This document shows positions 31,775 through 43,224 of a stretch of 64,000 bases of DNA, piece after piece. A program made the position numbers and the translations under genes. Origin of the DNA: Prasinococcaceae sp. CCMP 1430 (lineage: Eukaryota > Plantae > Prasinodermophyta); assembly GCA_013416795.1 (NCBI GenBank), contig RQSC01001231.1, positions 1 through 64,000 of the forward strand, given 5' to 3'. Position 1 is the first letter of the stretch. Every line of letters begins with the position of its first letter. The notes under the pieces are model-generated. The model did not search any database, had not been told where the DNA came from, and saw only the letters and a list, made by a program, of their open reading frames with translations.

Positions 31775-31946
31775 CGTGGTGGGGCGCGGGGATGCCATGG
31801 GCGCTGGGCAGCAGTTCCCGATGCCTGGCTACGGAGGAATGATGGCGCAGCCGCCCATGCAAACGATGGACCCTGCCATGATGGCGCAGTTCCACTCCGC
31901 GGGCATGGCGCCTGGCATGCCAGGGCCGGGCGCGCCGGGGCCGTGA
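31775..31946 (+). CDS. Orphan Met/Pro/Gly/Gln-rich terminal exon or small ORF
   Basis: MGAGQQFPMPGYGGMMAQPPMQTMDPAMMAQFHSAGMAPGMPGPGAPGP* from ATG 31797, preceded by a CAG acceptor at 31772-31774. Confidence 0.4.
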
Positions 31947-32218
31947 GCTGAGCCGCTCGTGTCGCGGCGTGGCCTTTCTTCCAGGCGTGGAGGCTTGAGA
32001 GTGCATGCTCCTCTAGCTAAGCAAGCCTTTCGAGACTGCGGCGATGAGGGTCTGGGGTCTTCCTTCACAAACGCGCGAGCGCGACCTGAATGGACACGCG
32101 TCAGCGCCACGGCGCACCAGCGGCCACACGTTGAAAAAAAAAAACTCCATAGGATATTATCACCGTCGCCGCGAAACCTCGCCTGAATCACGCCACGGCG
32201 CGCGAGCCGCGCGCACGT

Positions 32219-32749
32219 TCATGCCGAGCGCTCGCCGCCGCCGCCGCCCTGGACACCCTTGTGCGCGTTGTACCGACGCTCGACCTCCTCTGCCAGGGCC
32301 GCGCCTGTGGGCGTGCGCCACTTGCCACGCGTCGAGTTGAAGAAGCCGCTGAGGTCCATCCCCTGCGCCTGCTCGTACTCATTGGCCTGCACAATCATCT
32401 CGAGCTTGTCGAAGTCCTTGACGAGGTTGGCCTCCTTCGTCTCGCCAGCCTCGTATTCATTCCACAGTGCCGCCACCTCGGCGGCCGCCGCGCCGCCACC
32501 TAGCATCTCTTTGATGCTCTCGAGCGCCTCGGCCTCGCGCCTGTGCTTCTCCTCGTCCGAGACGCCGCAGTGCGGCGTGATGTCACCCACGAGCGCTTCG
32601 GCCATGTCGTGCACGAGCGCCATCTTGATGCAGCGCGACGCGTCGGTGCCCTCGGCCCCAGCGAGCACGAGCGCAAGCGACGCCATGCGGAAGGAGTGGT
32701 CCGCGACTGACTCGGGCTCAGAGACCCCGCTGCGCACCCATCCGGTGCG
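32219..32749 (-). CDS. HDDC2: HD-domain 5'-deoxynucleotidase (HDDC2/YGK1-like); first exon lost at N 32873
   Basis: RTGWVRSGV..PESVADHSFRM, MALVHDMAEALVGDITP, LWNEYE and VKDFDKLEMIVQA.EYE; CAG acceptor at 32750-32752. Confidence 0.92.
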   Translation of the reverse strand, partial: RTGWVRSGVSEPESVADHSFRMASLALVLAGAEGTDASRCIKMALVHDMAEALVGDITPHCGVSDEEKHRREAEALESIKEMLGGGAAAAEVAALWNEYEAGETKEANLVKDFDKLEMIVQANEYEQAQGMDLSGFFNSTRGKWRTPTGAALAEEVERRYNAHKGVQGGGGGERSA

Positions 32750-33018
32750 CTGCGAAGCGAGTGCGTGCAGGAGCGCCGGCGCGGGCGACCGCCTCTCGAG
32801 TCAGCGGCAGGCGCGGGCGCGCGTCTGCACGCTCGGGCGCGCGCACGCGCGCGGCTGCCGGGCGTCCCACACNCACACACTCCCCCCCTGCTCCCCTCCC
32901 TCCCTCCCCTCTTGGGCGGGCTCCCGGCCGCAGCAGCAGCAGCGGCGGCGCCAACAGAGCGCGCGCAGAGCGGCGGCGGCAGCCGGCAGAGGTGGCGGAG
33001 CCCCACCAGCCAGCAGCC

Positions 33019-33915
33019 ATGGCGATAGGCGAGCTGGACTTCAGCGACCCGGCGACCGGCCGCCCGAAGGACGGCTGGCCGCCGAAGAACGAGGCCGAGA
33101 AGTTCGTGTACGTGCTCACGCGCCGCGACCGGGCGATGAAGGTGTGGAACAACGTGTACCAGTGCCGGCGCTGCGGGCTGCGCATCACCGGCCAGCCCGC
33201 CAAGATTCGCTGCCACAACACCGGCGTGCCCGAGGGCAACGTGCACTGCAGGCCGTGCACCAACCCGGACCCGGTCGCGGTCAAGCTCTTCTCGTCGATG
33301 GTGCGCACCGCGCCCAAGGGGCGCTACGTCGGCAAGTCGCCCAAGGCGCAGGGCACCAAGCAGGTGAAGGGCCACGCGCCCAACAAGGTGCTGGTGCTGG
33401 CCACGGGCGGCACCATCGACAAGGACTACACCAAGCAGGTCGACGGCGCCGGCTTCGAGTTCGGCTCCGAGCCGGCGGTCACGCGCATCCTCGAGCAGGT
33501 GACCACCAAGGGGAGTGTGCAGATCAAGGTGCAGCTGCACAGCAGCAAGGACAGCACGCAGATGACCGACGAGGACCGCTACGCGCTCGCGCAGGCCGTC
33601 GTCACTGCCAAGCAGCACAAGATCGTCGTGACGCACGGCACCGACACCATGCTCAAGAGCGCCCAGGTGGTCGAGGACGCCCTCATCAACTCGGGCAACC
33701 CGATGGTCAAGACGGTCGTCTTCACGGGCGCCAACAAGCCGCAGCGCTTCGCGCAGGGCGACGCCTCCTTCAACGTCGGCGCGGCCTTCGGCTGCCTGTC
33801 GGTCGCGCCGCCCGGCGTGTACGTCTCCATGGGAGGCGCCGCGCGCCTCGCCAGCGCGTGCGTGCGCGACGAGACCACGGGCGCCTTCACCGGCAAGCGC
33901 GCCAGGACCGAGTGA
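33019..33915 (+). CDS. BED-type zinc finger fused to a short single-domain L-asparaginase (298 aa)
   Basis: N-terminal W-x5-C-x2-C...H...C (WNNVYQCRRCGLRITGQPAKIRCHNTGVPEGNVHCRPC). C-terminal LATGGTIDKDY, SKDSTQMTDEDR, IVVTHGTDTM, VVFTGA and DASFNVGAA. No intron. Confidence 0.85.
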   Translation: MAIGELDFSDPATGRPKDGWPPKNEAEKFVYVLTRRDRAMKVWNNVYQCRRCGLRITGQPAKIRCHNTGVPEGNVHCRPCTNPDPVAVKLFSSMVRTAPKGRYVGKSPKAQGTKQVKGHAPNKVLVLATGGTIDKDYTKQVDGAGFEFGSEPAVTRILEQVTTKGSVQIKVQLHSSKDSTQMTDEDRYALAQAVVTAKQHKIVVTHGTDTMLKSAQVVEDALINSGNPMVKTVVFTGANKPQRFAQGDASFNVGAAFGCLSVAPPGVYVSMGGAARLASACVRDETTGAFTGKRARTE

Positions 33916-34644
33916 GGCGGCCGGCGCACGAGGCGATGAGCGGCGCCCGAGAGGCGCCCTCGGATGAGACACACAGAGTGACCGACCGCGTGACGCTCCC
34001 GGCTCACATGCAACCAGCTCCGCGCACACGCGCAGATGGGACGACGGCGTGGGCGCTCAACGCCGCGGCCCAAGCAATAGGCTGCCCCCCACTCTCACCC
34101 CCACCCCCACGAACGAGCGGACACGCGGCAGCTGCGCGTGCTCCGGCGCGCAAACACCCCCCCCTACCTTGTCCACTTCTTCACGCGAACTAACAACCGC
34201 ATGGCACACGCCGTGATGCTGCCAGGCGAGCGCCAAAGCGGTCGGCACACACAGAACTAGCCCGTTCACGCAATAATACATATATTTCTGGCGGGCTGCC
34301 ACCCACCACATTTGATTTATCACACGTCGGCCAGTTTACATGGAGTGCGACACGCGGCCGGACGCTTGGGCACAGTCAGTGTCGGCGTGTCTGCGCTTGC
34401 TAGAGAGTATGGTACAGGTGCAGCCGCCACGCGTCGACCGCGGGGCGCGAATGCTCACCCGCCGCGGGCGCTCACACGCTCGCAGTCGTCAGCGACGGTG
34501 GGCTCATCAGAAGCAAGAAGAGTTCCAAGGGAGGAGCGGTGTGGCCGCGGCCCCAATGCTCGGGAAGTCGGCAGCGAGGTGCGACACAAAGCCCAGTGCA
34601 GCAGAGCGCGAGCGCTCGTGAGCCCAGGGCCAACGCGACACCGA

Positions 34645-36048
34645 TCAGGCCGCAGTCGTGACGTCCATCGCGGGCTCGGCAGCAGTGTAGAGCAGCGACA
34701 TGAGGTGCGCGCCCGACTCGCCCGGAAGGGCCTTCGTGCCTGCCGCACCCGGCGCGCCGGACGGGCCGGCGGTAGTTCCATCTGCCTGACGGCCGTTGGA
34801 GCCCCCGTCGTCGCCGCCGGCGGGTGCGATCGGCGCCCCCGGCTTCTGCAGCTGCTCCTGGCACAGGCAGCGCATCTCCTCGATCTGGCGCAGCCAGCGC
34901 TCGAGCTTGCTTCCCTCACCCGCCAACGCGGCGTCCATGGAGCGAAAGAGCTCCTCGGCAGCCGCGGTCGCCTTCGTGTCGGATGTGCCGGTCTTCCGCG
35001 CTTTCGAGTTGGACTCGTGGCGCGTTTTCTGCACGCGGTGCCTGCTGCGGCGAAGCGCCGCCAGCCGCCCCTTCGAGTCGGCGGCGAGAGCATCCAGCCA
35101 GCGCAACGTGGCCGCTACGACGGCGTGCTTGCCCGTCGGCGTCGCGAGCGCTTCGATGCACTGAGGGAGTCGCTCCGCCAGGCCACGCAGGCGCTCGGCG
35201 TCGACGGGAGCGCCCAGCTCCACCACCCGCTGCTCTGAGGCGCCAACGACGAATTGCAGCGCCTCCGCCGAAGTGGGCGGCGGCTTGGGCGGCTTGGGAG
35301 GCACGACGACGGGCTCGACTTTCACGCGCGGCGGACGGGGCGGGCGTTTGCCGCTCCTCCGCCTAGGCGTCGCACCATCGCCGTCGTCGGCGCTGCGGCG
35401 CGCGCGGGCGCCCGACCTCGACCCAGAACGCGCCGCCGATGGCTTGGCTGTGAAGGGGCTGACACCCGTCGCCTGCAGCAGGAGGTCCAGCCCCCCGAGC
35501 GCGTCCATATCCATCTCGTCGACGGTGTCCTCATCGTCGTCGTCGTCGTCCTCCCCCTCGCTGTCGTCCACAGTAGCGCGAGGAGCCTCCTTGGGCTGCG
35601 CTCTGCGCCTCTTGCCCGAGGACACGCTCCTACCGCCGGAGCTGCCGCGACTGGTGCGCGCCGCCTTGGTCGCCCCTGCGCCGGCGCGCGCGCGCTTCTT
35701 CGCCTTGGGCGGTGCGGACGTGGCCGCCGCCCCTGCGCCGCGCTTGAGGGCGCCCTTGCCTCTTGGCACCGGAAGCTCGGACACGGTCGTGGTAAAGCGC
35801 TTCGGCATGGACGTGTTGCGCCTGCTGCGCCCGCCAGCGGGGGCCGGCACCTCTGCGTCTGGCGCCAAATCTTTGCCTGCCACCATGGCCGCTGCGCCCT
35901 CTTGCGGCGGTCCTGGCGCCCCCTCGTCGCCCGCCCCGCTGCGCGGGGCGTCACCGCCCCGCCCGTCGACCTCGTCGCCCGCCTGTGCCCCTTCTTCGCG
36001 CCCGACCTCGGCCGGGCGCCTGCGCGCGCCCGCCCAGAAGCGCGGCAT
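34645..36048 (-). CDS. Hypothetical, probably nuclear protein: basic NLS-like stretches, acidic patch, helical C-terminal domain
   Basis: ATG at 36048 within ORF 34645..36471; PPKAKKR, KRRR and a DDDDDDED tract. The in-frame hydrophobic part 36049-36490 may belong to another gene cut at N 36491. Confidence 0.55.
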   Translation of the reverse strand: MPRFWAGARRRPAEVGREEGAQAGDEVDGRGGDAPRSGAGDEGAPGPPQEGAAAMVAGKDLAPDAEVPAPAGGRSRRNTSMPKRFTTTVSELPVPRGKGALKRGAGAAATSAPPKAKKRARAGAGATKAARTSRGSSGGRSVSSGKRRRAQPKEAPRATVDDSEGEDDDDDDEDTVDEMDMDALGGLDLLLQATGVSPFTAKPSAARSGSRSGARARRSADDGDGATPRRRSGKRPPRPPRVKVEPVVVPPKPPKPPPTSAEALQFVVGASEQRVVELGAPVDAERLRGLAERLPQCIEALATPTGKHAVVAATLRWLDALAADSKGRLAALRRSRHRVQKTRHESNSKARKTGTSDTKATAAAEELFRSMDAALAGEGSKLERWLRQIEEMRCLCQEQLQKPGAPIAPAGGDDGGSNGRQADGTTAGPSGAPGAAGTKALPGESGAHLMSLLYTAAEPAMDVTTAA

Positions 36049-36752
36049 GCTCCTTGGAGCTCGGCGGGTGCGGCGCGCGGCGCGCGGCGCGCGGACGCTG
36101 CGACAGGCCTCTTCCGCTGCGCAGGCGCAGGCAATGCAGCCTATCTTTCCTGCAGGCAGCTCCATAACCTCCTCGCTACCGCCGCGTGCCACGCGCGCCA
36201 GCCGCCGATACGCACCGATAGCGTGGAGCGCCTCGGGCAGCAGCGACATGATGGTCACGCCGCACGTGGTCGCCGCCAGCGCTGGTAATTGCCAGGCCGT
36301 GGCCGCAGACCGCGTAGCCGTCCACCACTGCGCGGCCTGCAGAAGCGCCGCGAACGCGAGCGAGTGCGGCCGCAAGGGGCCGAGCCACGCGTTGGCGCCC
36401 GAGCATCCCAGAGCGAGGGCTGAGAGCGCCAGCTGCAGAGCGCAGCAGGCAGAGGCGAGCATCGACACCACCGACCACAGTGCGAGGCTGNCGGCCCCCG
36501 GAAACGATCCGGCGTCCCGCGCGCCGCGCCGCGCCGCGCCGCGTCAGCGGACGTCGCTGATCGTGCGGATGCCGACTCTGGCTGACGCGTTCCCGAGCGG
36601 TGGCGCGGCGGGAGCGTGCTCGCCCGTGGGTACATGTATCATCGAAACACATTCAGAAAGAACCGGAGGGGCGCGCGGGGCGGCGGCGGCCCGGCCGGCC
36701 GCGAACGCACCCGCAACGAAAACGAAAAGGCGCGCGCGCGCGCGCGAACGCG

Positions 36753-36790
36753 GGCGAAAGCGAAAGCGAAAGCGAAGGCGAAAGCGAAAG
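36753..36790. repeat. (GCGAAA)n hexamer microsatellite
   Basis: About six tandem GCGAAA/GCGAAG units. Confidence 0.8.
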
Positions 36791-37020
36791 CGCCGCGGCG
36801 AAGGAAAAAAAAACGACCGGCCGACCGACCGAACGAGCGCGAACGCTGGGGCGGATGGGTATCGCGGGCGGGGCCGGGCGCGCCGCGCGCCGCGCGCGGA
36901 TCTGAAACGCCCGCCTTCCCTGGCGCGGCCGCGGAGGGACGGGGGCGCGCCAAAAGGCGCGCGCTCGNCGCGCGCGCGTGCCGCGGCCGCCGGCGAGCGC
37001 GCCCCGAGTGCGCGGCGCCG

Positions 37021-40000
37021 ATGCTGGCGCTGGTGGCCGCCGCGGTGCTTGCCTTGGCGCTGCCCGCTGGAGGCGAGATGTCAGGTGCGTCCCGGGAGCC
37101 GGTGCGGCTGCAGCCGGCGCCACCGCTGCCGCTGCCGGTGCTGCTGCCACAATCGTCGCTGCTGCTGCCATCGCCGCCGCTGCTGCTCGCGCCCCTGCTC
37201 CCGCCGATGCTGCTATGGCTGCTGCTGCTGTAGCTGCGGTAGTGGCAGCAGTTGCCCGATGCAGGGCCACGCGACGGCGCCGCGCCGCGCTGCGCCCTGC
37301 AATAGAACGCAGCTGACGCTCCTCCACGCGCCCCTACCGAACACGCGCTGCCATCTCGCCAACTCGCAGTGACGTCGGTGCAGCCGCGCGCTCTGCCGCT
37401 GCGCGGTGGCACCACCGTCACCGTCCATGGCACTGGCTTCGTTGACGCGCCGACGCTTTCGTGCAGGTTCGGCCTCTCGGACGTGCCAGCGTACTTCGAC
37501 AGCACGGGCACGCTGCACTGCATCTCGCCACAGGGACCCGCGGGCTTCGCTGCAGTCCAAATCGCGCTAGGTGGGGACGGCGACGGCGACGGCGACATCA
37601 CCCGTTCGTCAGACACCACCGTGCTATTTCGAGCGCCACCGTTGGTGACGGCGGTGTCGCCCGCGGTGGGTGTCGCTCATGTGCCGACTAGCGTGCACGT
37701 CTTTGGAGGCAACCTCGTCGCCGGCACTGCGTGCGGCGTGCGCACAAGGGCTGGTACCGCGGAACTGCCCGGCGCTCGCGTCAGCAGTGCGCTGACGCGC
37801 TGCGAGGTCGGGCCGCTGGCGATTGGACTCCACACGCTTGGAGCTGGCCTTGCCTCAGCGGATGAATCGGTGCCGCTTGTGCTGGACTCAGAGCTGCCGT
37901 TTCCGGTCATGCGTGCGGGAGAGGGCGCAACTCGCGTGAAACCCCTGGTTACCGACGAGGGAGGTGGAGTTGTCGTCGAAGTCGACACCGGCGCAGTGCC
38001 AGACGTTTTGGGCGTCTCCTGTTCTTTTGGTACCACCACACATGTGCGCACCTGGCACTCGCGCAACGTCCTGAATTGCGCAGCTCCTGCGCGAGCGCCT
38101 GGCCCGACGCTGCTCGCCCTATCGCCTGAGCAGTCGATCGCACGCCTGGGCGACGGAGAGCGTTTCACGTACGTCTCGACTGCAGGCCCATTTGAGATTG
38201 TGCCAATGATGACGGCAGCCAGCGGTGGCACCTTAGTAACTGTGACCGGAGACAGCTTGCTAAACGGAGCTGTCAGTTGTCTATTTGATGGCAAGGAGGT
38301 GCCAGCTTCGGCAGGCAGTGGGGCGTCGTGGACTTGCGCGTCTCCTCGAACTGGTCCCGGATTCGTGCCATTGCATCTCGTGAACCACGGGACCACGGTC
38401 GCATCCTCGCAAGTGCACGCGGTGGCGGAGGCGTCTTTGACCTCCTCACAGCCTCAATACTCAGTCGAGGATGCGACGATCGTGCGTCTGCAAGGCGAGC
38501 ATCTGCACGCTCGCGTGGCCTGCGACCTTCGATACGGACAACCATCCGCAGTACACTTCGTGTCAACAGGGGTGGTCTTCTGCATACAGACCACCCAAAG
38601 CTCGTCGTCAGTCTCAGTAATCGAGGTAGACGACGTGCGCAGAGGGGCTGTGCCGTCTGTCGACACCAGTGACGTGGCCGTCATGCAAGAGGAGGGCGGA
38701 GATGTGGTCGCGATCCAAGGCGATGGCTTCACCACAGACAACAGCATCACAGTGCACGTTGGAAGCATAGCGCTCAATGCTGCAAAAACACATTCGTCGA
38801 GTGCTCTCGAATTCATCGCACCCGCAACAAAATCCAACAGATACGACCTGGCAATATCGATTGACAAACAAACCCATTCAAACACAATCACCATTCAATC
38901 AAACCAACAGATCATCCCTCGGGAAATCGAACCGATTCAAGGGCCCGCGAGCGGCGGCTCGATGGTGTCCGTGCACGGCTCGGGCGTGGGCGCCTCGAGC
39001 GCGCTCTCGCTGGGCTCGTCTCGCAGCGCCGCGTCTTCTTCTTCGTCCGACGGCGCTTCGCTGTCCGGCGTGTCGCCGGCGTCTTCCTCGGGCGCCGGCT
39101 TCGTGGGCGTGGGCGTGGTGACGGGCTCCGGCTCGGTGTCCTGGGGCTTCGGCGTGGTGTACGAGTACGCCGAGGACTCCGTGGTGGAGTCGGTGCGTCC
39201 GCGCACCGGCGCGGAGGGCACGCTGCTTTCGGTGGGCGGCGCCCACCTGGTGGGCCCCTCGCCGGGCTGCGCGCCCGTGTCGAGCGGCCTCCGCGTGTGC
39301 GAGGGCGGCCGCGAGACGTCTCTGGCTGGCTTTTCGTTGCGCTCGGTGGGCTCGGTGGACTCCATCGAGCCCTCCGTGGGCGGCGAGGAGGGCGGCTCGG
39401 TGGTTTCGGTGGTCGGCAGCGTGTCTTCGCTGGCCGAGGCCGGGCTGGCCGCGTGCGCCTTCGGCGCGGTGGGCGGCATCACCGCCGCCCGCGGCGGCGC
39501 GGACACGCTTGAGTGCGCCTCCCCCGCGCGCGCGGCGGGCTCTTCCTCCGTGGAGGCGAGCGCGCACGGCCACGCGCACGAGTACACGACGAGCGGCGAG
39601 CAGTTCACCCACCTGAGCGGCTCGCTGGTGGAGTCGGTGTGGCCGCTGAGCGGCCCCGCGAGCGGCGGCTCGATGGTGTCCGTGCACGGCTCGGGCGTGG
39701 GCGCCTCGAGCGCGCTCTCGCTGGGCTCGTCTCGCAGCGCCGCGTCTTCTTCTTCGTCCGACGGCGCTTCGCTGTCCGGCGTGTCGCCGGCGTCTTCCTC
39801 GGGCGCCGGCTTCGTGGGCGTGGGCGTGGTGACGGGCTCCGGCTCGGTGTCCTGGGGCTTCGGCGTGGTGTACGAGTACGCCGAGGACATGTTGTTTCAG
39901 AAATTTTATCCTCACTTCTTCAGTGTGGGATCCGTGGCGAATGTCGAAGGGTCACATTTTGCTCTTTCATTACTTAGGCAGAAGATTGATATTGCTACAG

Positions 40001-42852
40001 TTGGCTTCGTGTCTTCGGCAGTGTATAGGCATGAGGTTGGCTGCTCTATCGGGCAAGGTCTTAGTGACTCTGGTACGTTTGTGTCTTTCCCTGGCTCGCT
40101 TAGCCCTTTGGTTTGTCTTTCTGTCGCGTCGGTTGAGGACATCGCTCCGCTGGCAGTCTCCGAGGCCGGTGGTACTGCTATCACTATACATGGGCGTTTC
40201 TCTGGCTCTGTTGAAGAGGCCACATGTGCGTTTGGTGCCGTGTCCGCAATCTCAGCCGTGGTTGTGCATGCCGGTAGTGTCATCGAATGCATCGCCCCAG
40301 CTCTTGCTCTTGGCCAGGCCATGGTGCGGACGTCTGCAAACAGTATTGACTACTCGTCTCAGCGGATCGTCATGTCCGTGGTTGCACCTGCCGGTGTTGC
40401 AGGAGTCTATCCCGATTATGGCACGACTGTCGGTGGCAGGGGCGCGCTAGTGTATGGCAACGGCGTTGGCTTGGAAGCAAATCTTGCGGCGAGGGGATTG
40501 GACATCGTCCTCTTCGGAAATGAGGCTGGGATGGTGGTGTCTACGGACTCGGCCGGCTGGCTGAGACCAGATCTGCTTGCAGCAATGCCTGATGCATCCT
40601 TCAGTATGGTGCCAATGGTGCGTTCACCCGGCTTTGTCTTGGTGTCGCTTGTGGAAGATTCGCGCAAGGAGCGGGCCCTATTCTTGTACCGCGCCGTCCC
40701 TGTTGGCACTGGCGTCCAGCCATCGCTCGGATCCGCTCGAGGTGGTTTGCGTGTGGCCCTGAGTGGTCAAAACTTGTGGCTAGATGGCCCAAACTGGGTG
40801 TGCGCTTTCGACGATGTCGCTACGCCTGTTCACCTTGTCTCGAGCACTTTGGCCCTATGTGAGGTGCCGGCGGGCGCAACTGGATCTGCAAGTGTGTCGA
40901 TTGCTGAGGCCGGCGCGGGCAAGCCGATGCCCCATCGTACAAACGCATCGTTTGTCTACATGCGTGATGCGGTCATCATTGACGTCACCCCTAGCTACGG
41001 CCCTGAAAGCGGTGGCACCGTTGTAGGTGTGAGTGGGAGCACATTCGCCGATGCCATCCACCATGCATGCTCATTCGGCGCAGTCGGCCACATCGCGGCC
41101 GCAAGGCAGGCTGACTCTGTGATTGAGTGTGCATCGCCAGCCCACAGTGATGGATATACGGACGTCAGGGCACAGAACACGCACATTGTCGCGCCGTCTG
41201 GCGCAGGACCGACGTTCGAGTTCCGCGTTGACCCAACGCCACATGCTGTCATTCCTGAGATAGTGAATGAGGGTGCGGGAATGAGAGAAGTGCTGCTAGT
41301 GGGCACTTCCTTCGCGTTTCCGCTCGAGGTGGCCGTCGGTCAAGGCACGGCGGGTGTCCTTGCTGTTGTCCCTGAACGTGCACCGTTTTTAGGTGACGAA
41401 GCAACCGTCCGCCTGCCAGTAGGTACAGTGGGCTTCGCCCCAATCCATGTCAGGACGCGGGACAAGGTGCTTGTGCCACCGCACGGGTCGCTACTGCAGG
41501 TGGCAGTCGTCTCGCCGCCGCGTATCGATGCAGTGCAGCCTGCAATCATGGGCGCTCGTTCCGGTGGAGTGGTCACCCTCCTCGGAGCAGAGATAATGGA
41601 CCACGTGTCGCGCTATTGCTATGTTGGTGCGCGGCGTGGGATGCTCGTGAGACGCTCCTCGACTGTGGCAACATGTGAGGCGCCTGCGGCCGCTGAGATT
41701 GGTGACTACGATGCCGAGATGTCGGTGGGAACTGAGGCTGCACCAGAAGGCACGAGTGCGCCAGTGCATTATCACATCGAGCCTGAGCTGTGGTTCGTGA
41801 AGCCAAATCACGGTGCAGCGGCTGGTGGCACCTTGGTCTTCGTGGCTGGATCCGACTTCAAGGAGGGTTCGAGCTGCAAGTTCGGCTCTGTGGTGGTAGC
41901 AGGCGCGGCCGTGCCAGCGAGCTCGCGTGCGCAGTGTGCATCGCCAGCCGGCGCGCCGGCGCAGACAGTTTGGGTGAGCATCGGCAGCAATGGCCATGAC
42001 TACTACACGGATGCCTCGCACGCGGGTGCTTTCGTGTATGTGCCCAACCCCGAGGTGGCCTCGATAGATGAGCCCGTCGGCGCAGCGGGTGGCGCGCCGC
42101 TCGTCGTTCGTGGGTCGAACATTTTCCACACGGAGCATGTGCGCGTGCGGGTGGGTCTCGTGGACCTCACTGTGGCTACTGCTGGAGATGGCTTCGTTAA
42201 GCTCTTGACCCCACCGCCACGCTTCCCCGGGTTCGTGCCAGTGGAGGTCACTGTTGATCAGGGCAATTTCACTTCTCAGGGTGTGCAGTACTTGTACACG
42301 GATGCGCCAATCGTGCACATGTTCCAACCTGAGCGTGGCCCGGCACTCGGCGGTACCAACATGATGGTGTACGGCGAAGGCTTCGCCCTCGGCGGCAGCG
42401 CGTCCTGCCAGTTGGGCAGCCGCGCCACCTCCGCGGTGTTCTGGTCGACGATCGTGATGACGTGTGTTGACGTGCCCAGCGCCCCTGCGTTGGGCGAGGT
42501 GGAGGTTGTGGTCTCAACTGGTGGTGATCACATGGCCTCTGTCCCCAATACCAATGTCCAATGGGAATACCTCGCAGAGATCACTCTGAACAGTATGAGG
42601 CCCTCCGTCGGACCCGAGACTGGTGGTGTGATTGTCAACCTCTACGGACAGAACTTCGGAGAGCCAGCTTTTGGCTTGATGTGCAGGTTCAAGACCGTGT
42701 ATGTTGCTGGTTTCCTCGCGACCGGATCAAGTGACGAGAGCTCGCATGCCACGTGCGTCTCGCCGAGCATGGGAGAGGGAGATGTAGAAGTTGCAGCGAG
42801 CAACAACCTCAAGGACTTTTCGTCAGACAGCAACCCCACCTTCTCAGTCTAG
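37021..42852 (+). CDS. Giant secreted IPT/TIG-repeat protein (~1848 aa); exons 37021..37084 and 37370..42852
   Basis: Exon 1 MLALVAAAVLALALPAGGEMS is a signal peptide. A phase-1 GT-AG intron (37085-37369) joins the 1827-codon ORF. Recurrent IPT signature V..P..G...GGT.V.V.G..F......C.FG....A......I.C.SP. Confidence 0.88.
38944..39888 (+). repeat. Direct repeat, 2 x 234 bp (38944-39177 and 39655-39888), inside the IPT/TIG gene
   Basis: Identical peptide PASGGSMVSVHGSGVGASS...GVVYEYAED at a 711-bp offset. Confidence 0.93.
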
Positions 42853-43224
42853 CTACTGTAGAAAGTAGTCTAGTTGTAATCTATCAGCGGTTACTACAGT
42901 TCCATTGCCTGATTGGGAGGGCCAGTCTCGCCTGGAGCGTCACCTGCCATGCCCGGTGCGCGCGATCGCTCGGCATCGACCCCCTTCGGTGGCTGCGGCG
43001 AGGTCATATCGGGCACTCGGTCTTGGCCGCCTAGCCCCCTCGCGAGGTCCCGCGTGGCTGCAGCTGCCTCATGCCCCGCGCTCCGCCACCCGCCCGGGCC
43101 TACCTTTCCCCGCCCGCCGCTCTGCGATTCCCCGTCGCCCGCGGCGGCGCAGCAGGCCACCCGGCCGACCGCGCCGCTTCGGCGAGCACGCCCTCCGCCC
43201 TCCGCCCTCCGCCCGCGGCCCGCN

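Noticed and set aside
33019-33260. Active hAT transposon
   Set aside because: Only a BED-like finger is present; no DDE catalytic or dimerisation domain and no TIRs or TSDs were seen.
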